DNA of 60,705 nucleotides from an uncultured Victivallales bacterium. GTDB lineage: Bacteria > Verrucomicrobiota > Kiritimatiellia > UBA8416 > JADHWI01. Position 1 is the stretch's first letter. The number at the start of each line of letters is the position of its first letter. The notes below the pieces were generated by a model. It was not told the DNA's origin, ran no database searches, and was given only the letters and a program-made list of their open reading frames with translations. The stretch spans positions 1 through 60,705 of the forward strand of contig CAZJBP010000001.1 in NCBI GenBank assembly GCA_964544115.1. Direction: 5' to 3'. Position numbers and translations under genes: made by a program. Below are positions 27,906 through 35,248 of the stretch, in pieces.

Positions 27906-28808
27906 CTAGAGGAGGGCCGCGCCGGCCAGAAGGACCAGAAGGCCCGGCGCCATCCCGGCCGCCACCGCCGCCGTGCCCTTGGCCTCGGCGGCGAACGCCG
28001 CGGCTCCGTAACCGACCCCCAGGCCCTCCGCGCTGATCATCAGCCCGGAGATGAAGGCAAACGCCGTGCCCCCGATCACCAGGACTGCGCCGAGCAGGGC
28101 CAGCCGGCCGCGCCCGGAGGTCGCACGCGGGGCGGCGGCAGGCGTTTCCCCGGGGAACACGTCCGTGTCCTCTTCCATGATCTGGTAGTACAGCAGCCCC
28201 CAGTTGCCCACGCGCGTGTAGAGCAGCGCAAGGAGCACGGCGCCGATGGCTGACGCGGCGATGAGGTTGTTCACCGCGATGATGAGGCCCAGCGCGGCGA
28301 ACGGAGCCATGCGCAACAGGTCCATGCCCCACCCGATGATCGCGCCGATGGCCATGCAGGCCGTGACCACAGCCACGCCGAAGGTCAGCCAGCCCCGGAC
28401 GCCGGAGCTCACCGGGTTGGCTTGCCCCATGAACGCGCGCCACAGCGCATAGGGCAGATAGCCGTAGATGAAGTTGCCGACGAAGCCGAACAGGCTGCCG
28501 GGCCCGAGCATTCCGCCCAGCGCATCCGCGATGAGGTTGCCGAGGCCGGAACCCCAGGCCGCCGCGGGGCCGAAGAGGAAGCTCAGCACCACCGGGATGG
28601 CGGCGCCCGGGCGGACCTCCGTCAGGCCGGGAATGATGACGAAGCCCTTGAACGGCAGCAGCACGGCGACGTAGGCCGCGGCACTGATCGCAGTCAACAC
28701 GACCATGCGCGTATTGCCCCAGACCTGGAACAGCTCGCCGAGGGCGGAGTGCGTACGGGGAACCGGAGCCACCGATCCTTGCGAATCAACCTGAGCAGGC
28801 GCTTTCAT
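27906..28808 (-). CDS. Probable ECF substrate-binding (S) component, QueT-like (tentative), with an extra C-terminal hydrophobic extension
   Basis: Position as first gene of the ECF operon. About 6 TM core (TRMVVLTAISAAAYVAVLLPF...EVRPGAAIPVVLSFLFGP...GLGNLIADAL) plus about 90 additional residues with 2 more TM helices. Confidence 0.5.
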   Translation of the reverse strand: MKAPAQVDSQGSVAPVPRTHSALGELFQVWGNTRMVVLTAISAAAYVAVLLPFKGFVIIPGLTEVRPGAAIPVVLSFLFGPAAAWGSGLGNLIADALGGMLGPGSLFGFVGNFIYGYLPYALWRAFMGQANPVSSGVRGWLTFGVAVVTACMAIGAIIGWGMDLLRMAPFAALGLIIAVNNLIAASAIGAVLLALLYTRVGNWGLLYYQIMEEDTDVFPGETPAAAPRATSGRGRLALLGAVLVIGGTAFAFISGLMISAEGLGVGYGAAAFAAEAKGTAAVAAGMAPGLLVLLAGAALL

Positions 28809-28918
28809 GGGGCATGATGGTGTCGGAACAGGGCCGGGATGGCAAGGCGGCAGTTCTCAGGCGGCGCCCCAGCGGGGCTCTCACGACGCCGGGCGGCCAG
28901 ACCCACATCAGCGCCCCC

Positions 28919-29000
28919 ATCGTTCTCGTCCTCGTCCCTCGTCGTCGTCCCCGGTCCGACCTTCGAGGACGAGGACCGCTGCGCTGAGGACGAGGACGAT
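28919..29000. repeat. Hexamer-phased inverted repeat (CGTCCT units facing AGGACG units) forming a long hairpin
   Basis: ATCGTTCTCGTCCTC (28919-28933) versus GAGGACGAGGACGAT (28986-29000): 14/15 complementary. Inner arms TCCTCGTCC/GGACGAGGA. Confidence 0.5.
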
Positions 29001-29038
29001 TTGATTTGTCCGAATCCTTCTCCCGCTGAACGGGGCGC

Positions 29039-30043
29039 TCACGACGCCGGGCGCAGGATGTCGGCCGCCGCCGCCACAACGCCGTCCACCGTCACGGCGT
29101 CCATGCAGGCGGGCGGCGCCGAGCAGCGGCGGCGGTAGCAGGGCTGGCAGTCCATCGGCGCGCGCAGGATCCGGTGCCCTCGGCCGTAGGGGCCGGTGCG
29201 GACCGGGTCGGTGGGGCCGAAAATCGCCACCGTCGGCGTCCCCACCGCGGCGGCCATGTGCATCGGCCCGGAGTCATTCGTCACCAGCAGATCCAGGTCG
29301 CCAATCAACGATACAGCCTCGATCAGAGACAGCTTGCCAGCGACGCTGCGCGCCCGCGGACCGATCTGCTCGGCGATGCGTTCGCAGCCGGCGATGTCCG
29401 CCGCGCCGCCGACCATCGTCACGCTGCCGCCCAGCCGGCCCAGGATCCGGCGGCCGGCTTCCGCGAAGCGGTCGGCCGGCCAGTTCTTCGTGTCCCAGCG
29501 CGAGAAGGGGCACAAACCGATTCGCGGACGGGCCCCGAACCCGTCGGGCGACGGCAGCCGCAGGGGGAACTCCACGGAAAGGCGCTTGAGCCCGAGGTGG
29601 GTCACGATGTCGAGACACTGGTCCACGGCGTGGCGGGCAAGGCGGCGACGCCCCGCCACCTCGCCGTACAGCAGGCGCGCGCCTTCGCGATGGAACGACG
29701 GCCCTATCCGCCGGCGGGCCACGGCCATCCGCGTCACCAGCGCGCTCTTCATCAGCCCCTGCAGGTCGATCGCCAGGTCGTAGGTCTCCGCGCGGAGATC
29801 CCGCACAAACGCCGGCAGTGCCCCGACATGGCGGCGGGGGAAGCAGAAGGTGCGGTCGACGTCGGGAAAGCACTCGACCAGCGACCGGTATTCGGGCTGC
29901 GTGACCCAGTCGATCGACGCGCCCGTCTCCACCCGCAGGTTATGCACCGTGGGCAGAGCCTGCAGGATGTCCCCGAGCGAACTGAGTTTGACCACAAGGA
30001 TGCGCACGGCGGGGAATCTAGCGGGTCGTTTGCCCCGTGTCAC
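29039..30043 (-). CDS. waaC: GT9 heptosyltransferase (type I-like)
   Basis: RILVVKLSSLGDILQALPTVHNL resembles the WaaC N-terminus VKTSSMGDVLHTLPAL; NDSGPMHMAAAVGTPTVAIFGPT. GTG start at 30043 overlaps the vapC stop. Confidence 0.7.
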   Translation of the reverse strand: MTRGKRPARFPAVRILVVKLSSLGDILQALPTVHNLRVETGASIDWVTQPEYRSLVECFPDVDRTFCFPRRHVGALPAFVRDLRAETYDLAIDLQGLMKSALVTRMAVARRRIGPSFHREGARLLYGEVAGRRRLARHAVDQCLDIVTHLGLKRLSVEFPLRLPSPDGFGARPRIGLCPFSRWDTKNWPADRFAEAGRRILGRLGGSVTMVGGAADIAGCERIAEQIGPRARSVAGKLSLIEAVSLIGDLDLLVTNDSGPMHMAAAVGTPTVAIFGPTDPVRTGPYGRGHRILRAPMDCQPCYRRRCSAPPACMDAVTVDGVVAAAADILRPAS

Positions 30044-30483
30044 GAGGCATCAAGGGGATTCCACACGCGGATGAATCCAACGCCGGAGAAATCCCGCGCG
30101 TTCCGGGTTGCGAAGTCCGTCACGCCATGGTGTCGGAGCACGGCGGCCAGCCTGATGTCGAAGATGCGTCGATAGGCAAAGGCCGGACCGGACGCTTGTC
30201 GCCATACCTCATCCATGATCCCGTACCCCGGCACGACATCGACGATCCGCCACCGAAGGTTCGAGCGGAAGGCGTCGATGACCTGTGCTGCTTCCGGGGC
30301 GCCCAGCGGCGGGGATGAGACCGACGGGTTGCGAAGCAGGCAGTAGAGTTCCATCAGCACCTGCTCGCAGAGGCAGAAATCGTCCCGCTGCGCGAAGCCG
30401 CCCAGGAATTGCCGGGCCACTGCGTGAAACGGGGAGTCGCGGTCACAGGCCGCATACAGGATGTTCGTGTCGCACGAGGTCAC
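30040..30483 (-). CDS. vapC: PIN-domain toxin (VapC-like)
   Basis: MTSCDTNILYAA, LMELY and TDFATRNARDF are PIN signature residues; 4-nt overlap with the upstream antitoxin. Confidence 0.8.
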   Translation of the reverse strand: MTSCDTNILYAACDRDSPFHAVARQFLGGFAQRDDFCLCEQVLMELYCLLRNPSVSSPPLGAPEAAQVIDAFRSNLRWRIVDVVPGYGIMDEVWRQASGPAFAYRRIFDIRLAAVLRHHGVTDFATRNARDFSGVGFIRVWNPLDAS

Positions 30484-30782
30484 GCCCGCCCCGCGTTGTT
30501 ACCGTCGGGATTCCCGTAGCCCGCGCCACTCTCCGCCGCCTGCAGCCGTTCAGTGTGGATCCGTTCCCGCCAGGCGGGCCGGTCGAACGGATCTCTCCCC
30601 CCGAGGGGGCTGGCCGCAGGCAATGACCATTCCGCCACGGGGTGGCCGCTGGCCGGCGACACGGCAATCAGATACTCCAGCCCGCGACGCGTGAGCTCTG
30701 CAAGCGAGACCTCCGTACGGGCCGCCAGATCCTTGGCTCGCCTGTAGAGTTCATCCGGAAGTTGTATCTGCGTCCTTGTCAT
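30480..30782 (-). CDS. Ribbon-helix-helix antitoxin (VapB-like)
   Basis: MTRTQIQLPDELYRRAKDLAARTEVSLAELTRRGLEYLI is a typical RHH N-terminus; overlaps the PIN gene. Confidence 0.7.
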   Translation of the reverse strand: MTRTQIQLPDELYRRAKDLAARTEVSLAELTRRGLEYLIAVSPASGHPVAEWSLPAASPLGGRDPFDRPAWRERIHTERLQAAESGAGYGNPDGNNAGRA

Positions 30783-30851
30783 GATGTATAGTTTCCATCT
30801 ACATCAGTTTGATGTCAATGGAAAGATCATCCACGCAGATGGACACCCGAC

Positions 30852-32348
30852 TCAAGGCAACTTGCGGGACTGGATATGGTGGACGATGAGGCGCGCCAGC
30901 TCAGGGCCGATGCCCGGAACGGCGGCGACGATGTCCGCCTCTGTGGCGCGGACCAGGCGGCGGACCGATCCGAAGTGCTTCAGCAGCGCTGTTTTGCGCG
31001 TCGGGCCGATCCCCTCGATCTCGTCCAGCGCCGACTCGCGCAGGCGGCGGCTGCGCAGAAGGCGGTTGTAGGTGATGGCGAAGCGGTGGGCCTCGTCGCG
31101 GATGCGCTGCAGAACCTTGAGCGCCTCGGAATCCCGCGGCAGGCGGATGGGCTCGCCCGGGTCGCGGTAATGGATTTCCTCGTACTGCTTCGCCAGCCCG
31201 GCCACGGGCAGAGACGCCAGCCCCAGCTCACGCAGTTCGGCCCGCGCCGCCCTCAGCTGGGTGATTCCGCCGTCAACCAGCACCAGGTCCGGCAGCGCGC
31301 CGCCCTCCGCCTGCTGGCGCGCGTACCGCCGCCGCACCACCTCGGCGATCATCCGCGGATCGTCGATGCCCTCGACGCCTTGGATCCGGAACCGGCGGTA
31401 CCGGCCGCGGTGCGGGAGCCCGTCCAAGGCACACACCATGCTCGCCACCGAATGGCTGCCGGAGATGGTGGAGATATCGAACGCCTCGATGACGTGCGGC
31501 GGCTTCGGCATCGCCAGCCGCTCGGCCAGCTCACCCAGTCCGCGCAGGGCGACCTCGCGTCGCATCTCGGGCGTGAGGGCCATGCGCGCCCGCTGCCGCA
31601 CGGTCTGGTGGAGCATATGCACCGTATCGCGCAGGACGGCCGCCGTTTCGAAGTCCAGCGCCTCCGCGGCGGCCGTCATGCGGTCGCGCAGCTCCTTCAG
31701 CAGCGCGGGGCGCTCGCCGCGCAGGAAGGCGCACGCCTCATCCACCCGCTGCAGGTAGTCCTCGCGGGTCACCCGCCCGATGCAGGGCGCGCTGCAGAAC
31801 CGCACGATGTCGTTGATGCAGTGCCGGTACGTCTCGGCGTCGGGCGTCTCCGGCGGGCACTTGCGCAGGCCGAACCGCTTTTCGACAAAATCGACGGTCG
31901 CGCGCGCCGCCGCGGCCGCGGCGTAGGGACCGAAGTAGTCGGCGCCATCCTCCCGGCGCAGGCGCACGAGCTTCAGGCGCGGGCAGGACTCCGCGCGGTT
32001 GATGCGAATCAGCAGGAACCGCTTGTCGTCGCGGAAGGCCACGTTGTACCGGGGGCGATACTCCTTGATCAGGCGGCCCTCGGTCAGGACCGCCTCGGCC
32101 TCGTTGCGCACGGGGAACGTCTCGAGGTCGGCGATGCTCTTGATCAGGCTGCGCAGTTTGGGTGCGGCCGAACGCAGGGTGGCGGGCTGAAAGTAGCTGC
32201 GAACCCGGTCGCGCAGCGAGGCGGCCTTGCCGACATAGATGATGCGGCCGTTGCGGTCGCGCATGAGGTAGCACCCCGGCAGGTCCGGCAGGTCCGCCAG
32301 CTTGCGGCGCAGGGCTTCAGGCCAGGAAGAGAACGATTCGGGCTTCAC
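30852..32348 (-). CDS. uvrC: Excinuclease ABC subunit C (compact, GTG start)
   Basis: GIY-YIG: PGCYLMRDRNGRIIYVGKAASLRDRVRSYF. UVR: LRDRMTAAAEALDFETAAVLRDTV. Endonuclease domain IEAFDISTISG; C-terminal HhH2 LDEIEGIGPTRKTALLKHFGS. Confidence 0.9.
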   Translation of the reverse strand: MKPESFSSWPEALRRKLADLPDLPGCYLMRDRNGRIIYVGKAASLRDRVRSYFQPATLRSAAPKLRSLIKSIADLETFPVRNEAEAVLTEGRLIKEYRPRYNVAFRDDKRFLLIRINRAESCPRLKLVRLRREDGADYFGPYAAAAAARATVDFVEKRFGLRKCPPETPDAETYRHCINDIVRFCSAPCIGRVTREDYLQRVDEACAFLRGERPALLKELRDRMTAAAEALDFETAAVLRDTVHMLHQTVRQRARMALTPEMRREVALRGLGELAERLAMPKPPHVIEAFDISTISGSHSVASMVCALDGLPHRGRYRRFRIQGVEGIDDPRMIAEVVRRRYARQQAEGGALPDLVLVDGGITQLRAARAELRELGLASLPVAGLAKQYEEIHYRDPGEPIRLPRDSEALKVLQRIRDEAHRFAITYNRLLRSRRLRESALDEIEGIGPTRKTALLKHFGSVRRLVRATEADIVAAVPGIGPELARLIVHHIQSRKLP

Positions 32349-32381
32349 GGGGTTCAGGGCTGAGGGTTCAGGGCTCGGGGT

Positions 32382-33881
32382 TCAGTACGCCCCTTTTGCA
32401 AAGAGGACCACGCCCAGGGTGCGGAGCAGGATCCGCACGTTGAGCACGGCGTTCTGGTTGCGCAGGTAGTACAGGTCGAGGATGCACATGTCGTGGAACG
32501 TCAGGTCGCTGCGGCCGGACACCTGCCACAGGCAGGTCAGCCCCGGCAGGCCGGCGTGGCGGCCGTAATGCCACGACTCGTAGTAGTTCTCGAAATCGCT
32601 GCGCGGCAGAGGCCGCGGGCCGACCAGGTTCATCTCGCCGCGCACGACGTTCCACAGCTGCGGCAGCTCGTCCAGGCTGAAGCGCCGCAGGAAACGCCCC
32701 ACCGGCGTCACGCGAGGGTCGCGGCGGATCTTGAACAGGCCGCGGCTGGCGGTCTCGTTAAACTCCTCCAGCGCCGCGCGCATCTCTTCAGCCCGGTTGT
32801 GCATGGTGCGGAACTTCAACATCAGGAACGGATGCTGATTCACGCCGATCCGCTCCTGAACAAAGAGGGCCGGCCCCGGGCTGGTCAGGCGTATCCACAC
32901 GGCCAACAGGCCCATGAACGGTGAGGCGACCAGCAGCGCGGCGGTGGAGGCCGCGGCGGACACCGCCCGGCCCAGCGACAGTCGCCACGGCGCCGGCGGC
33001 ACGTCGAAATGCGCCATCGGGACATTCAGCACCGTGTCGATGGGCAGCCGGGCCTCGTGCATGAGCACGCGCATCTCCTCCGACAGGATCTTCACCGGCA
33101 GGCCCAGACTCTCGGTCCGTTCGAGAATTCGCGTGACGGTCTGCATCCCCAGTCCGGGCTCCGCGCAGATGACCATGCCCGCCCCGTGCGCGGCGCAGCC
33201 CTCTTCGATGCGCAGCAGCACGGCCTCGACCGGCTCGCCCGCGGCCAGCGGAAACTGCGCCACGACGTGCACCCCGTGCGGCCGGGTGGCGTTGAGGAAG
33301 GCGGCCAGCCAGTCCGCCGCCTTGCCATCGCCCAGAAGCAGCGCAGGGCACGATCCCAGGCCCGAGCGCTCGTGAAGCCGCTCAAACCGCGCGCGCGCCA
33401 CCGTGCGAAAGAACAGGGCCAGGATGACATTCAGCGAAACCACCGTCAGGAACATGCTGCGGGGATGGAACTGGTTTCGGCTGAGGTAGAAGAACGCAAA
33501 GAACAGCAGCAGGGCGATCAGGTTCGCCTTGACCAGGCCGAGGGCGGGGCGGCTTCCGCGCAGGAGCCGGCGCCCGGCGTAAAGGTCGAAATAGGCGTAC
33601 AGGGGCAGGAGCGTCGCGAGGAGGAAGAACAGGATGCGCGGGGCGCTGCGCAGGTAGAAATCGGTGAACAGGGCGTCCAGCGCCCCCGTCTGGCGGAAGC
33701 CGAAGAACGTGTTGACGGCCGTGAAGAACCGCTCGCCGGCCGCGCTTTCGACGCGCAGGTAGAGGGCGATGATGTAGGCCGCCACGACGGCCAGAATGTC
33801 CGTGACCACATACGCAGCGGTCAGAACATCCCGGTGGCGCCGCTGCCCGCCGACTCTCTGTTCACGGTTTGCCATATCCAA
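32382..33881 (-). CDS. Polyprenyl glycosylphosphotransferase (WbaP/EpsB-type initiating sugar transferase)
   Basis: N-terminal TM helices and a C-terminal bacterial sugar-transferase domain: FVQERIGVNQHPFLMLKFRTM, RDPRVTPVGRFLRRFSLDELPQLWNVVRGEMNLVGPRP. Confidence 0.85.
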   Translation of the reverse strand: MDMANREQRVGGQRRHRDVLTAAYVVTDILAVVAAYIIALYLRVESAAGERFFTAVNTFFGFRQTGALDALFTDFYLRSAPRILFFLLATLLPLYAYFDLYAGRRLLRGSRPALGLVKANLIALLLFFAFFYLSRNQFHPRSMFLTVVSLNVILALFFRTVARARFERLHERSGLGSCPALLLGDGKAADWLAAFLNATRPHGVHVVAQFPLAAGEPVEAVLLRIEEGCAAHGAGMVICAEPGLGMQTVTRILERTESLGLPVKILSEEMRVLMHEARLPIDTVLNVPMAHFDVPPAPWRLSLGRAVSAAASTAALLVASPFMGLLAVWIRLTSPGPALFVQERIGVNQHPFLMLKFRTMHNRAEEMRAALEEFNETASRGLFKIRRDPRVTPVGRFLRRFSLDELPQLWNVVRGEMNLVGPRPLPRSDFENYYESWHYGRHAGLPGLTCLWQVSGRSDLTFHDMCILDLYYLRNQNAVLNVRILLRTLGVVLFAKGAY

Positions 33882-33981
33882 GGCGCCTGCGGCCTGCCGG
33901 CCGCGACATACGCCCGTCTATAGTGACTCCGCCTGTGTGCGGCGTTCAAGTCAATACGACGCCGTTGTCAATACGACGCCG

Positions 33982-34758
33982 TCACGGGGCGCCACGAACG
34001 TGGACTTCGCGGGCCGAGTCCCGCATGAGTACGCCGATCGCGCTCATGCGGTGGGCCGGCGTGCGGGGGGTGTTCGCATAGGCCGGCGACGGCAGGTCGG
34101 GCCGGGGGAGAAAGGGCTGGACGACGTAGCGGCGCGCGCCGCGGATCAGGTCGCCGATCTCGGCCATGTGGTCATCCGTGTGTATGCGATCGAGGATGGT
34201 CGTGCGGAATTCGTAGTCGCGGGCGTGGCGCCGGATCAGCTCGACCGACGCGGCGATGGCGCCGGTGTCCGCGTGCCCCGTCAGCTCCCCATAGCGCGAC
34301 AGGCCGGCCTTCACGTCCATCGCCACATAATCGACCAGGGGCAGGCACTGCGCCAGCACCTCCGGGCGGGACCCGTTGGTGTCGAGCTTCACGGCGAAGC
34401 CGAAGCGCTTGAGGAACGCAATCAAGGCGGGCAGCTCGGGCGTGAGCGTGGGTTCGCCGCCGGTGATGACGGCTCCGTCGACCCAGTGGTCGGCCCAGCG
34501 CCGGCACCGCGACTCCAGATGCGCCCACGGCAGCCCGCTGCGCCGGCCGGCCATCAGCCGGGCGTTGTGGCAGAACCCGCACTGGAAGTTGCAGCCGGAC
34601 ACGAACAGCACCGCCGCCAGCCGGCCCGGAAAGTCGACCATCGTCGGGGCCTTGAGGTGCCCGAAGACCGGGGAGAGCGCGACGGCGGGAGCCTGCGGAG
34701 ACGGGGGTGCGCGGAGGGCGGGCGGGCGCTCCTCGGTCAGCGTTTCCGTGTTCAGCAT
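33982..34758 (-). CDS. nrdG: Anaerobic ribonucleotide reductase activating protein (radical SAM)
   Basis: CNFQCGFCHN CxxxCxxC cluster motif and GGEPTL; sits downstream of nrdD. Confidence 0.85.
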   Translation of the reverse strand: MLNTETLTEERPPALRAPPSPQAPAVALSPVFGHLKAPTMVDFPGRLAAVLFVSGCNFQCGFCHNARLMAGRRSGLPWAHLESRCRRWADHWVDGAVITGGEPTLTPELPALIAFLKRFGFAVKLDTNGSRPEVLAQCLPLVDYVAMDVKAGLSRYGELTGHADTGAIAASVELIRRHARDYEFRTTILDRIHTDDHMAEIGDLIRGARRYVVQPFLPRPDLPSPAYANTPRTPAHRMSAIGVLMRDSAREVHVRGAP

Positions 34759-34799
34759 TTCAGCATGCCCGCGTTTCAGCGTCTCAGCTTGCGTTCAAC

Positions 34800-35213
34800 T
34801 CATGCGGCCGTCGCGGCCGCCGGCAACGACTCGGCCAGCACGGCGGTCAGCATGCGCGGCGAGATCAGGCCGCGGCCCTGCTCGGAGTAGTCCGTCTGCA
34901 GCCCCTGGTACGTGTACAGCCGCGCAGCCCCGCACACCTCGTCGGGCGCGCCCGGCCGGGGGTTGACCACCGGCTCGTACTCCCCCGTCTCCGGGTTCAG
35001 CCGCGTGACGAGCAGCGCCGGGATCCGGTGCGGGTTGATGCACTCGGCCTCGCTGAAGGCCACCATGCCCTCGACCGTCAGCACGTCGAAGTAGGCCTTC
35101 TCGAACGCCTGCCACTCCTCCCTCTCGAGCAGCTTGTCCAGACGCTGATTCAGCGTCTTGCACTTGTCACAGTCCAGCTTGCCGAACACCTGGATACGGT
35201 AGGGCTTTCCCAT
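34800..35213 (-). CDS. Thioredoxin/glutaredoxin-fold CxxC protein encoded between nrdD and nrdG
   Basis: IQVFGKLDCDKCKTLNQRLDKLL is a beta-strand/CxxC/helix redoxin start. 137 aa; 35-nt gap to nrdD. Confidence 0.5.
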   Translation of the reverse strand: MGKPYRIQVFGKLDCDKCKTLNQRLDKLLEREEWQAFEKAYFDVLTVEGMVAFSEAECINPHRIPALLVTRLNPETGEYEPVVNPRPGAPDEVCGAARLYTYQGLQTDYSEQGRGLISPRMLTAVLAESLPAAATAA

Positions 35214-35248
35214 GGCGCTTCATGCCTCCTTCTTACAGGTCGCGAGGT

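Noticed and set aside
30852-32348. UvrC appears short (498 aa against about 600), so it might be truncated or a pseudogene.
   Set aside because: The GIY-YIG, UVR, endonuclease and HhH2 segments are all present in order with no frame disruption. It is probably a compact orthologue with a GTG start.
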